Shown: positions 9,111-18,348 of the stretch, in pieces
How positions within the stretch are numbered: position 1 is the first letter of the stretch
Layout of the letters: every line of letters begins with the position of its first letter
Assembly (NCBI GenBank): GCA_963555985.3
Contig: OY820591.1
Coordinates: forward strand, 928,001-992,000
Origin: Dehalococcoidia bacterium
Lineage (GTDB): Bacteria; Chloroflexota; Dehalococcoidia; Bin125
Length of the DNA stretch: 64,000 nucleotides
Direction: 5' to 3'
The notes under the pieces: generated by a model
The model's input: only the letters and a program-made list of their open reading frames with translations
Databases searched by the model: none
What the model was told of the DNA's origin: nothing
Translations under genes and position numbers: made by a program

Positions 9111-10472
9111 TCAACCGGCGGCGGGAGCGGTCGCAAGTTCGCCCTGGAGCGACCAGGCGCCGGTGCGAGTGACGGAGACCTTGACCAGCTCGCCGGCTCG
9201 CGCTGCGCTCAGCGGCGCGTCGAAATGCACCAGTTTCATCGTGCGGGTGCGCCCGGTGTGGCGTTCGAGCGCGGGATCGTCCGAGGGCTTGGTCTGTTCG
9301 ATCAGGGCTTCCACGTCACGGAGGAAGTAGCTGCTGTTGATCTCGAATGAGATCGTGCGTTGCAGCTCTTCGATCCGATGCAGGCGCTCGGCCTTGAGTT
9401 CGGCGGGGATGTCGTCGGGCTGTTTGCGTTCGGCGTAGGTACCGGTGCGGAGGCTGTAGGCGGCGACGTGCACCTTGTCGAAGCGGAGCTCGGCCAAGAG
9501 GTCGTAGGTCTGTTGGAAGTCGGTTTCGGTCTCGCCTGGGAAGCCGACGATGACATCGGTGGAGATGCCGACTTCGGGCCAAAGCGAGCGAACTTTTTCG
9601 ACTCGCTCGCGGAACTGGGCGACGGTGTAGCCGCGGCGCATGTTGGTCAGCACGTCGTCCGCGCCGGACTGGACGGGAAGGGAGAAGGCTTCGCAGACTT
9701 TGGGCAGTTGGGCCATGCCTTCGAGGATGCGGTCGGTCATGTCGGGCGGGTAGGAGGTGAGTTGGCGGATGCGGATCAGATCGTCGAAGTCGTGGATGGC
9801 GCGCATCAGATCGGAGAGGTCGGCGTGGTTGGTGGCGGGATCGATAGGGGGTTGGTCTTTGCCGTAGGCCTCGACGGTTTGACCGAGCAAGGTCACTTCG
9901 CGCACCCCGCGTTTGAGGTGGGCTTCGATCTCGCGCGCGACTTCGGCGATCGGGCGGCTGCGCTCGCGGCCCCGGCGCAGCGGGACGATGCAGTAGGTGC
10001 AGAACTTGTCGCAGCCTTCGATCACGGGGACGAATGCAGTTGGGCGGGTTTCTTCGGGGAAGACCTCCGGCCAGAACTCGCCGCCGTCGTCGCTTGCGGG
10101 CGGTGGCGCGTCGGGAAGATCGAGGAGGGAGATGACTTGATCGAAGCGCTGGGGTTGGGCCCAGGCGTCGACGAAGGGGAAGCGGTTGACGATGGGATCG
10201 TCGCCGCGGGCAGTGTGCGGTCCGACCATGCAGCCCATGACGGCGATGCGAAGGTTGGGGTTGTGTTGTTTGAAGCGCTTGAGCGTGCCGAGCTTGGCCT
10301 GGGCTTTGTCTTCGGCGTGCTGGCGGACGGCGCAGGTGTTGAGTACGACGAGGTCGGCGTCGCGGGGGTGGTCGGTGGGTTCGAGCCCGAGGCGTCGGAG
10401 ACCGGCGGCGAGTTTGGCGCTGTCGGCGGTGTTGACCTGGCAGCCGACGGTCCAGATGTGGAATTGGGACAT
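9111..10472 (-). CDS. miaB: tRNA methylthiotransferase
   Basis: GCQVN, NTCAVR, CDKFCTYC radical SAM motif, TRAM domain. Confidence 0.9.
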   Translation of the reverse strand: MSQFHIWTVGCQVNTADSAKLAAGLRRLGLEPTDHPRDADLVVLNTCAVRQHAEDKAQAKLGTLKRFKQHNPNLRIAVMGCMVGPHTARGDDPIVNRFPFVDAWAQPQRFDQVISLLDLPDAPPPASDDGGEFWPEVFPEETRPTAFVPVIEGCDKFCTYCIVPLRRGRERSRPIAEVAREIEAHLKRGVREVTLLGQTVEAYGKDQPPIDPATNHADLSDLMRAIHDFDDLIRIRQLTSYPPDMTDRILEGMAQLPKVCEAFSLPVQSGADDVLTNMRRGYTVAQFRERVEKVRSLWPEVGISTDVIVGFPGETETDFQQTYDLLAELRFDKVHVAAYSLRTGTYAERKQPDDIPAELKAERLHRIEELQRTISFEINSSYFLRDVEALIEQTKPSDDPALERHTGRTRTMKLVHFDAPLSAARAGELVKVSVTRTGAWSLQGELATAPAAG

Positions 10473-10505
10473 GGCGTCTCGCTTGGCGAAGTGGGTCCTG
10501 ATCGA

Positions 10506-10560
10506 GCGAGATTCCCGCCTGCGCGGGAATGACGACGCAGGATGTTGCGCAGGGTCTCCG
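10506..10560 (-). repeat. REP plus MITE left-end fragment
   Basis: GAGATTCCCGCCTGCGCGGGAATGACG...GGATGTTGCGCAGGGTCTCC. Confidence 0.7.
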
Positions 10561-10568
10561 TTGTGGCG

Positions 10569-10658
10569 TGGCGGAGGGTGAGGGATTCGAACCCTCGACG
10601 GAGTTTCCCCCGAACCCGCTTAGCAGGCGGGCGCACTAGGCCACTATGCGAACCCTCC
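10569..10658 (-). tRNA. tRNA-Ser(GCT)
   Basis: Long variable arm, anticodon loop CTGCTAA, TTCGAATC, CCA end. Confidence 0.93.
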
Positions 10659-10724
10659 ACCTGTGAGATTAGCAGCGCGGCGGTCATATGCTGCGCGTGA
10701 CCGGCGGCGAAGTGTGGGAGCAAT

Positions 10725-11675
10725 GTGATGGTGTCCTCAATCCGCGCGCGACTCGATCGCTTGATCACGCTCTTGCCTGAGCGCGAGCGTCTGGAAGCGC
10801 TGCTCGGTCAGCATTGGATGCCGCTGGCAGGCGCATTGGGAGCGATTGCGTTGGCGTTGATCGTGGCGCTTCCGCTGGCGTTGGGGACTCGGAGCGACGG
10901 CTTCGTGATTCGGACGTCGGACGGGGCGCGGATTGTGGCGGAGGTGACGGGTTCGGGCGATCGCTGGGTGTTGCTCGGTCACATGTATCCGACGAAGCGA
11001 ACGAAGCCGACCAACCGGCAGATCTGGGACAAGTTCGAGTCGCGCCTGGTCGCCGAGGGCTACCGGGTGCTGAGTTGGGACTTCCGCTGTCACGGCGAGA
11101 GTCCGTGTGTGTACAGCAAGCGTCCGATTGAGGACGTGCCGGAGCTCTATCTGGATTGGGAAGCGGCGATCGATTACGCGGTCGCGCACGGGGCCAGAGA
11201 GATTAACGGGATTGGCGTGAGTATGGGCGGTACCAGTCTGATGCAGGTGGCGGCGTATCGTTCGGAGCTGCGCTCGGTGAGCGCAATATCGAGTCCCAAC
11301 ATCTTCCCGAACAAGCCGCCGAAGGACTCGGAGCGAGGGGGAGATGACTGGGATCGTTTGGACGGTCTGAGCGGCGTTGCAGAGATTGAGGTGCCGAAGT
11401 TGTATCTGGTTGGGGCGGTGAATCAGTGCGCCTACTGGCAGTCGAAGCGGTATTTCGAGCGCGCGTCGGAGCCGGTCAGGTTGGTGGTCTATCTGACTGA
11501 TCTACATGGGACGGAGATCCTGGACGATGGGGAGTTGGGTGACGATGCGCAGCGGGAGGTTGTGGAGTTTCTCGCTGACCCTGAAGGCATTGCGGGCAAG
11601 GAGTTTCGCAATGAAGCGCCGGATGTGGATGCGCATGAGCAGTGTTATCCGCCTGAGGAGGAGGACGAGCAGTAG
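10725..11675 (+). CDS. Membrane-anchored alpha/beta hydrolase
   Basis: N-terminal TM segment, DFRCHGES, GVSMGG nucleophile elbow. Confidence 0.75.
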   Translation: MMVSSIRARLDRLITLLPERERLEALLGQHWMPLAGALGAIALALIVALPLALGTRSDGFVIRTSDGARIVAEVTGSGDRWVLLGHMYPTKRTKPTNRQIWDKFESRLVAEGYRVLSWDFRCHGESPCVYSKRPIEDVPELYLDWEAAIDYAVAHGAREINGIGVSMGGTSLMQVAAYRSELRSVSAISSPNIFPNKPPKDSERGGDDWDRLDGLSGVAEIEVPKLYLVGAVNQCAYWQSKRYFERASEPVRLVVYLTDLHGTEILDDGELGDDAQREVVEFLADPEGIAGKEFRNEAPDVDAHEQCYPPEEEDEQ

Positions 11676-11716
11676 GTGAGGTAGTCCCGGGCGATACTCT
11701 GAGGACTGGAGGGCTC

Positions 11717-12160
11717 ATGGTTGCGGAGAGACTCGATGTGGTCACAGCGCTCGCAGCGGCGGCGACCCGCGCTGCGATCATTGAGGTGGTGCGTCGTTTT
11801 GAGCATGAGGCGATCGCGGATCGGCTGGACTATCTGATTGGGTTGGAGGCGGACGAGCCGGATGAGGCGCCGATGGATATTGATTCGCTGCGGTCTATGG
11901 CGGAGTTCGTGTTGAGTGAGGGCGAGCTTTACGATCCGGACATTGGGGTTGGTCCGGATGGTGTGGTTGGTCTGTCTTGGCGTTTGCCGCCGGACGGCAT
12001 GGCCTACCTACGATTCAAGGACTCCAACGTCGTCCGGTATGCAGTGATAGCGCCAACGGTGAACGACGGTGCCGAGCGCGCCCATGCCGCCGGGACTGTC
12101 GCTACTGCGGAAGTGATGGGGGCGATCAGTCCCTATGTGCCGCAGGCGCTGACACAGTGA
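11717..12160 (+). CDS. Hypothetical acidic protein (possible antitoxin)
   Basis: GGAGG RBS; stop overlaps next start (GTGA). Confidence 0.65.
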   Translation: MVAERLDVVTALAAAATRAAIIEVVRRFEHEAIADRLDYLIGLEADEPDEAPMDIDSLRSMAEFVLSEGELYDPDIGVGPDGVVGLSWRLPPDGMAYLRFKDSNVVRYAVIAPTVNDGAERAHAAGTVATAEVMGAISPYVPQALTQ

Positions 12161-12582
12161 CCGGCGATCCGATCCCGGACACTGATCACGTCAGCCGTTA
12201 CTGCCCACCACGAACTGTGCGGGACGGCCGAATCTTGCCCGATGCGTTTCAGTTGCGCGCCGGTGAGGAGTATCTGTCCGTCAACTGGTTGGAGTCATTT
12301 CGGCAGCCGTCGCGCCGCGAGGCGGTTGACCGCGTTCGCGCGCGAATGACGGCAAACGGGTTTTCGCTCCGCGATAACGGACGGTTCGTTGCACTGCGAG
12401 TCGGGGCGGTGATCCAGGCAGGCCGGGCGGTTGGCGGCAGGGAGTTGAGCGTGGAGCATCTCCCGACCACGGACGATGACTCACATTGCGGCATTCGTGG
12501 ATACACCGAGGACGACGTAGTGGTCGCTACAGCTCTTGCCGCGCTGGTGAGCGACGACGAGCTCTACCCGGGACGCCTTTAG
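12157..12582 (+). CDS. Hypothetical protein (possible toxin)
   Basis: Coupled GTG start; HVSRY..YLSVNW..SHCGIRG motifs. Confidence 0.65.
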   Translation: MTGDPIPDTDHVSRYCPPRTVRDGRILPDAFQLRAGEEYLSVNWLESFRQPSRREAVDRVRARMTANGFSLRDNGRFVALRVGAVIQAGRAVGGRELSVEHLPTTDDDSHCGIRGYTEDDVVVATALAALVSDDELYPGRL

Positions 12583-12667
12583 TCCGCTTCGGATTCTTCT
12601 CTGTTGGCTGGACAGCGTCGCCGATGTATTGCGACGGGAGCTGGTTGGGCTTTGGAGGTTGGGCGGC

Positions 12668-12862
12668 TCAGGACTCACGATCGCGCCGGCGCTGGAGGAT
12701 GCGCAGCGTGATCGGGATGGCGGCGATCATGGCCGCCGCGCCGACGATGATCCCGACCCAAACGTTGACCGTGAGCGCGACGATCACCATCACGGCGACG
12801 CCGATCAAGGGGGCGACGAATCCCGCTCGCGCAGCGTCGCGGCCGGGGTCTTGTTGACTCAT
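12668..12862 (-). CDS. Small two-TM membrane protein
   Basis: Start overlaps sucD stop; two hydrophobic segments. Confidence 0.6.
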   Translation of the reverse strand: MSQQDPGRDAARAGFVAPLIGVAVMVIVALTVNVWVGIIVGAAAMIAAIPITLRILQRRRDRES

Positions 12863-13779
12863 TCGACTGCGCCGGGAGGTTGGTACTTGCCGGCCTCTTC
12901 AAGCACGCGGCGCATGGTCGAACCGATGTCGGCGGGGCTGCGGCTGATGACGGCTCCGGCCTCTTCGAGCACGGCGAGTTTGGCTTCGGCGGTACCGTCT
13001 TTGCCTTCGATGATGGCGCCGGCGTGACCCATGCGGCGACCCGGAGGGGCGGTAGCGCCGGCGATGAAGGCGACCACGGGTTTGCGCATCTGACGCTTGA
13101 TGTAGGCCGCCGAGGCCTGCTCTGCCAGACCGCCGATTTCGCCGATCAGGACGACCGCATCGGTGTCGGGGTCGGACTGGAAGCGGCGGAGGATGTCAAC
13201 TTGCTGGAGGCCGATGATGGGGTCGCCGCCGACGCCGACGCAGGTGGACTGTCCGATGCCGGCGCGGGTGAGCTGGTCGACGGCTTCGTAGACCAGGGTG
13301 CCGGAGCGGGAGACGACGCCGACATTGCCCTGCATGAAGATGTCGGGCGGGTGAATCCCGACGCGGCACTGGGAGGCGGGCTGGATGACGCCCGGGCAGT
13401 TGGGGCCGATCAAGTGGCTCTTGGAGTTTTGCAGGGCCTGGCGCACACGGATCATGTCGTGGACGGGGACGCCCTCGGTGATGCAGATGATGAGGGGGAT
13501 TTCGGCGGCGATGTTTTCGAGGATGGCGTCGGCGGCTCCAGGGGCGGGGACGTAGATGATGGCGCAGTTGGCGTCGGTTTGGTGCAGCGCCTCGTGGACA
13601 GTGCTGTAGACGGGGAAGCTGTGGCTTTCATACCTGAAGGTGTCGCCGCCGCGGAAGCCGGGGTGGACGCCGGCGACGACTCTAGTGCCGTAGTCGAGCG
13701 AGCGGCGGATCTGATTCTGGCCCTCGTTGCCGAGGCCCTGGATCAGGACGCGGGTGCGCGAGTTGAGGAGGATGCTCAT
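12859..13779 (-). CDS. sucD: Succinyl-CoA synthetase alpha subunit
   Basis: IGPNCPG, SRSGTL, RMGHAGA. Confidence 0.96.
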   Translation of the reverse strand: MSILLNSRTRVLIQGLGNEGQNQIRRSLDYGTRVVAGVHPGFRGGDTFRYESHSFPVYSTVHEALHQTDANCAIIYVPAPGAADAILENIAAEIPLIICITEGVPVHDMIRVRQALQNSKSHLIGPNCPGVIQPASQCRVGIHPPDIFMQGNVGVVSRSGTLVYEAVDQLTRAGIGQSTCVGVGGDPIIGLQQVDILRRFQSDPDTDAVVLIGEIGGLAEQASAAYIKRQMRKPVVAFIAGATAPPGRRMGHAGAIIEGKDGTAEAKLAVLEEAGAVISRSPADIGSTMRRVLEEAGKYQPPGAVE

Positions 13780-13817
13780 CAGTCGGACTCTTTCCGTTCG
13801 GGTCTACGCGCCGGCGC

Positions 13818-15083
13818 TTAGCGTCGGCGGCCTCGCGCGGCGGCGACGGCGAGTTGGGCGGCGTCGCCGAGTTCGTCGGCGGTCTGGACAGCGATGCCGG
13901 AGTCGTGCAGAACGCGACGGCCTTCGGCGACATTGGAGCCGTTGAGACGAACGACCATTGGCTGCTCGATCTTGAGCTCGTTGACCGCATCGACAACGCC
14001 TTCGGCGACGATATCGACGCGCGCGAGACCGCCGAAGATGTTGATGAAGATGGCCTTGACGTCGGGGTCTTGCTGGATGATCCGCAGCGCTTCGACCACG
14101 CGGTCTTTGCGGTTGACGGTACCGATGTCGAGGAAATTGGCGGGTTCGCCGCCGTGCAGCTTGAGCGTGTCCATGGTGGCCATGGCCAGACCGGCGCCGT
14201 TGACGACGCAGCCGATGTTGCCGTCGAGCTTGATGTAGGAGCCGATGTTGGCTTCTTCGGCTTCGATTTCGACCGGGTTTTCTTGGGAACGGTCGCGCCA
14301 GGTCTCGTAGCCGCCGTGACGGAAGGAGGCGTTGTCGTCGAGATTGATCTTGGCATCGAGGGCGACGACGCGGTTCTCGTTGGTGAGCACGAAGGGATTG
14401 ACTTCGACCATCGAGGCGTCCATCTCGATGAAGGTTCGGTAGAGCGCGGCGAAGAGATCGCCGGCCGGCCGCACGGCGGCCGAGGGCAGTCCCAGCTTGA
14501 CGGCGAGGGCACGCCCGCGGAATGCGGGGAAGCCTTCGGCCGGATCGATGTGTTGGCGAATGATCGCGGAGGGATTGGAGACGGCCAGTTCTTCGATCGA
14601 CTGTCCGCCCTCGGCAGAAGCCACGATCAGGGGACGTCCGGCGCCGCCGTCGACCTGGATCGAGATGTAGAACTCTTTGGCGATGGCGGTTTGCTGCTCG
14701 ATCAGGACAGTGGAGATGGGTGCGCCTTCGGCTCCGGTCTGGTGAGTGACGAGGTAGCCGTCCTGGAAAGCGCGGTACTCGGTCAGGGCGGCTTCGACGC
14801 TGTTGGCGAGACGGACGCCGCCGCGCCGTCGTCCGGTGAGTTGGCCTTCGGCCCGCTCCGGCTCGGATTCGAGGCGGCGGTACATGCGTGAACGTCCGGC
14901 CTTGCTGACGACGCGGCCTTTGCCGCGTCCGCCGGCGTGGACCTGGGCTTTGATGATGACCTTGCCGCCCAACTCCCGGACGAGCTGTCGAACTTCAGCT
15001 TCAGTCGAAGCGGGCCCACCGGCGGGTACCGGCACCCCGCGCGCCTTGAAGAGCTGCTTGGCCTGGTGTTCGTGGATGTTCAT
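13818..15083 (-). CDS. sucC: Succinyl-CoA synthetase beta subunit
   Basis: MNIHEHQAK, KAQVHAGGRGK, NGAGLAMATMD, NIFGG. Confidence 0.96.
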   Translation of the reverse strand: MNIHEHQAKQLFKARGVPVPAGGPASTEAEVRQLVRELGGKVIIKAQVHAGGRGKGRVVSKAGRSRMYRRLESEPERAEGQLTGRRRGGVRLANSVEAALTEYRAFQDGYLVTHQTGAEGAPISTVLIEQQTAIAKEFYISIQVDGGAGRPLIVASAEGGQSIEELAVSNPSAIIRQHIDPAEGFPAFRGRALAVKLGLPSAAVRPAGDLFAALYRTFIEMDASMVEVNPFVLTNENRVVALDAKINLDDNASFRHGGYETWRDRSQENPVEIEAEEANIGSYIKLDGNIGCVVNGAGLAMATMDTLKLHGGEPANFLDIGTVNRKDRVVEALRIIQQDPDVKAIFINIFGGLARVDIVAEGVVDAVNELKIEQPMVVRLNGSNVAEGRRVLHDSGIAVQTADELGDAAQLAVAAARGRRR

Positions 15084-15204
15084 GCTCTCGTGTTTCCGTC
15101 CAGCGGCGACGTCTCAAACACGCACAGCGCGGTGTGAGCGTCGCAACTTCCGAACATACCCGCGCCGATCCTGTGGGGCAATGCGGGCAGGCTAGGCTGA
15201 CGCC

Positions 15205-16857
15205 ATGTTCGCACGAATATCGCGGCGTAGTTTGCTGAAGCGAGCGGCACGGAGCGGCGTTGGGCTTGGGGCGCTGGCGCTGATTGGGTGTGGCGGGGAG
15301 GAGGAACCACCGTCTGTTGAGACGACTCAGCCGACGCGGACGGAGCCGCAGCAGCAGGTGCAAGAGGACGAACCGGCGGCGCAGCCGGTGGCCGTGCAAC
15401 AGCAGACAGATCAGGAGCTTCAGGAGCAACCCCAGCCGGCTCCGGCGGAAGCTGAGTCGGAGGAGCCGGCGGCGCAAGCGGAACAGGCCCAGCAAACGCA
15501 GCAAGCGCAGCGGGTTCAGCAGGCGGATCAAGCGCAGGCGCAAAGCGGACGGCGCTCGCAACCGCAGGCGTCCCCTGAGCCGGAAGCGCGGCGACTGTTG
15601 ATCCCGGAAGTGAACGCGGAAGGGTATGAGTTGGAGGAGCCTGCGTTTGATCCGGTTGCGGGGGCTCGGGTCGATTACGGCGTGATTGACGGAGCCGGGT
15701 ACCGGATTGAACTGCCGGTGGAGTGGAACGGTGAGTTGCTGCTCTGGGCGCATGGATTTCGGGGGCTCAATGAGGACGGCGACGGGTTTGATCCGCGGCT
15801 CACGTTTGACGACTTGCCCGGCCGCGAGGCGATCATTGGGCTCGGCTACGGCTGGGCGACGAGCACATATCGGGCGAACGGGTATGTGCCCGGTCTGGGC
15901 GTGGACGACCTGCTCAAAGTGAAGGATCGGGTAGCGGAGATTGCGCGGCGTCCGAGCCGGACGTACTGCGTGGGCGGGTCGATGGGAGGCGCGACGGCGC
16001 AACTGATGGCGCAGGAGTTCCCGAGAGAGATTCAGGCGGCGGTCGCGTATTGCGGGGCGTTGGGGAACATTGCCGTGGTTGACTACATCGCTGCCTGGCA
16101 CCTGCTCGCGCACTGGTTCATCGGAGAGCCGCCGCAGCAAGTGAATGCGCAAGGGGTGATCGAGTGGTCTGCGCCGCTCGGAGTTCAAGAGGGCGACGAA
16201 CTTGCGCTGAGCGGGCTGGGCGAACAGTTTGCGGCGGTGATTGAGCGGTTCACGGGCGGGCCCCGCTGGGGCTTCCGCGAGGGCTTGGCGATGCAGTGGG
16301 AGATCTCGTTCGCGCTTGGCGCCACGCTCTGGCCGCAACTGCTGGCAAACGCTGATCCCGCGCCCGGCCAGACGCTTGCCGTCGCTGCGTCTGAGCTTCC
16401 GGCGGATACCACCCATCACCGCTACGAAGCGGCGGCTGCGAGCGAGCTCGGGCTCGACCTGGATCGGCTGAACGCCGAGGTAGTTCGGCTTGAGGCCGAT
16501 CCGGTGCGGCGAGCGGATCCGGGCGTGGGCGTGAGTACGGGCGAGTTGCGCGTGCCGCTGCTTGCGCTGAAGACGACCGGCGATCTGTTCACGCCGATCC
16601 ACCTAGATCGGGACTATCAGCAGCAGGTGCAGGCGGCGGGATTCGGGGACAGGTTGGTCGTACAGGCGGCGCGGCGTGCAGGGCATTGCAACTTCTCGGA
16701 GTCGGAGGCGTTTGGGGCGTTGACGCAGATGGTGACGTGGCTGAGTTTTGGGCTTGCGCCCGCTGGGGATGATTTGAGCGGGGATTTGCAGGAAGTTGGA
16801 GTGCGGTTCACGGATCCGTTTGATGCGGATGATCCGAAGGCTCCGGCGGAGAGTTGA
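15205..16857 (+). CDS. Tat-signal lipoprotein, alpha/beta hydrolase fold
   Basis: SRRSLLK twin-arginine motif, LIGC lipobox-like site, Q/A/E/P-rich linker, GGSMGG, GHC. Confidence 0.75.
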   Translation: MFARISRRSLLKRAARSGVGLGALALIGCGGEEEPPSVETTQPTRTEPQQQVQEDEPAAQPVAVQQQTDQELQEQPQPAPAEAESEEPAAQAEQAQQTQQAQRVQQADQAQAQSGRRSQPQASPEPEARRLLIPEVNAEGYELEEPAFDPVAGARVDYGVIDGAGYRIELPVEWNGELLLWAHGFRGLNEDGDGFDPRLTFDDLPGREAIIGLGYGWATSTYRANGYVPGLGVDDLLKVKDRVAEIARRPSRTYCVGGSMGGATAQLMAQEFPREIQAAVAYCGALGNIAVVDYIAAWHLLAHWFIGEPPQQVNAQGVIEWSAPLGVQEGDELALSGLGEQFAAVIERFTGGPRWGFREGLAMQWEISFALGATLWPQLLANADPAPGQTLAVAASELPADTTHHRYEAAAASELGLDLDRLNAEVVRLEADPVRRADPGVGVSTGELRVPLLALKTTGDLFTPIHLDRDYQQQVQAAGFGDRLVVQAARRAGHCNFSESEAFGALTQMVTWLSFGLAPAGDDLSGDLQEVGVRFTDPFDADDPKAPAES

Positions 16858-16867
16858 GAGACGTCTC

Positions 16868-17125
16868 ACCCCCTTTGCCCCTACGGGGCATCTATCCCTC
16901 AAGGAGAGTTGCGCGTAAATCACATTCCCGTTGCTCTCGTCATTCCAGCGAACGCTGGAATCTCGCTCCGACCAGATAACCCGCAATTCCGGACGAGATT
17001 CCAGGTCAAGCCTGGAATGACGGAATCCGCGATTACGCGCAAGTCTCCTCAAAGGGGAGATTGATAGAGGATTACGTGCATGTCTTCTACAGCACATCTC
17101 CCCTCGCGCAATGGGAGGGGAGGAG
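16868..17125. repeat. REP cluster including an inverted REP pair
   Basis: CGTCATTCCAGCGAACGCTGGAATCTCG ... CGAGATTCCAGGTCAAGCCTGGAATGACG. Confidence 0.75.
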
Positions 17126-17217
17126 GATTTGCCGCCGGCGACGGCGAGAGGAGAGGCGCTGCTACGATCTTTGCATCATTGGCGGAGCGCAACGCGCTTG
17201 GCGCAGGGAGTGAATCT

Positions 17218-17559
17218 ATGCCTGAGGACACGATTGAGGTGAGCGTGCGGATGGCGGATCGGGGTGAGGTGGGGTACCGGATGGTGTCGGCCTCGATTAG
17301 CAGCCGCGAGGGCTCGCTGGCGGGCGCGCCGGTGGAGTTTGTGATCGTCGACGGTCCCGGGACGTTGGCTTCGGCGGGCGGACGCGAGCGCACGGTCGAC
17401 TCGGACGAGTGGGGGATTGCGGAGGTGAACTGGTACCCGGAGCAGCATCCGCGCTCTTCACCCGAGGCCGAGGTAGTGCAGACGGTGATGATTCGAGCGG
17501 TGTGTGAGACCGCGGCGGGAGTGTCGCTGAATGTGGCTTCGCCGTTGTGGAAGCACTAG
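17218..17559 (+). CDS. Hypothetical protein, possibly Ig-like
   Basis: GGGAG RBS; beta-rich pattern PVEF..GPGTL..DEWGIAEV. Confidence 0.55.
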   Translation: MPEDTIEVSVRMADRGEVGYRMVSASISSREGSLAGAPVEFVIVDGPGTLASAGGRERTVDSDEWGIAEVNWYPEQHPRSSPEAEVVQTVMIRAVCETAAGVSLNVASPLWKH

Positions 17560-17601
17560 GGGTGAGTTTCGGCGGCTGAGTAGCGTAGCTTGGGGCGTGT
17601 G

Positions 17602-18348
17602 ATGGAGCGCGAATCGCAACGTCCCGATCCCGAACTGCCGGCCTGGATGCAGAAAATTCCCCAGGCCGATCCGGTCGTCGTGCTTGGGATCGCGCCGACG
17701 GTGCTGTACATCCTGATCGATCGGCTGATCGATACCCGCCCGGCGATCGCCGTTTGCGTCGTCTCCGCGATCGCCGTCTTCCTCTACCAACGCCGCAAAC
17801 TGCCCCGCACCAGCGTCGTCTTTCTGCTCGGCGTGCTCGGTTCGATCTTGATGATCATCACCGGGATCCTGGGGCTGATCGAAGACAGCGACAAGACGTT
17901 TTGGACGTTTGATCCGATCGAAGACTTCATTGTCGGCGGCATCTTCTTGATCAGTGTGCTGGTCGGTCGTCCGATTGTGAGCTCGGTCGTGCGCGAGCTC
18001 TTTCCCAGCTTGCGTGAGCGTGTCCCCGCGCGTCACCGCGTGTGGACGCTGATCACGGTGGTCTGGGGTGTCAAGATTCTGGCGACCGGGTTCTTTCGGC
18101 TGTGGTTCCTGGATGTGCTCGAGGATGGACTCGATGTCTGGATTCTGGGTACTTGGGACGTATCCGACTGGGCCTGGCTGCGCACGGTGACCGGCGGCGG
18201 GGTCAACGTCGTGCTCTTTATCTGGACCGTCCATCGCCTGCGCGCCGCCTCGCGGCAACTGGCGATCGCCGAAGGTCGCGCGCACCGCCCAGACAGTTCA
18301 GACGACTCCGGCGAAGTGGTCGCGGAGACCGAGGTCGTCGAACGCTGA
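17602..18348 (+). CDS. Integral membrane protein (VC0807/IspZ-like)
   Basis: Multiple TM helices, SVLVGRP motif. Confidence 0.65.
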   Translation: MERESQRPDPELPAWMQKIPQADPVVVLGIAPTVLYILIDRLIDTRPAIAVCVVSAIAVFLYQRRKLPRTSVVFLLGVLGSILMIITGILGLIEDSDKTFWTFDPIEDFIVGGIFLISVLVGRPIVSSVVRELFPSLRERVPARHRVWTLITVVWGVKILATGFFRLWFLDVLEDGLDVWILGTWDVSDWAWLRTVTGGGVNVVLFIWTVHRLRAASRQLAIAEGRAHRPDSSDDSGEVVAETEVVER

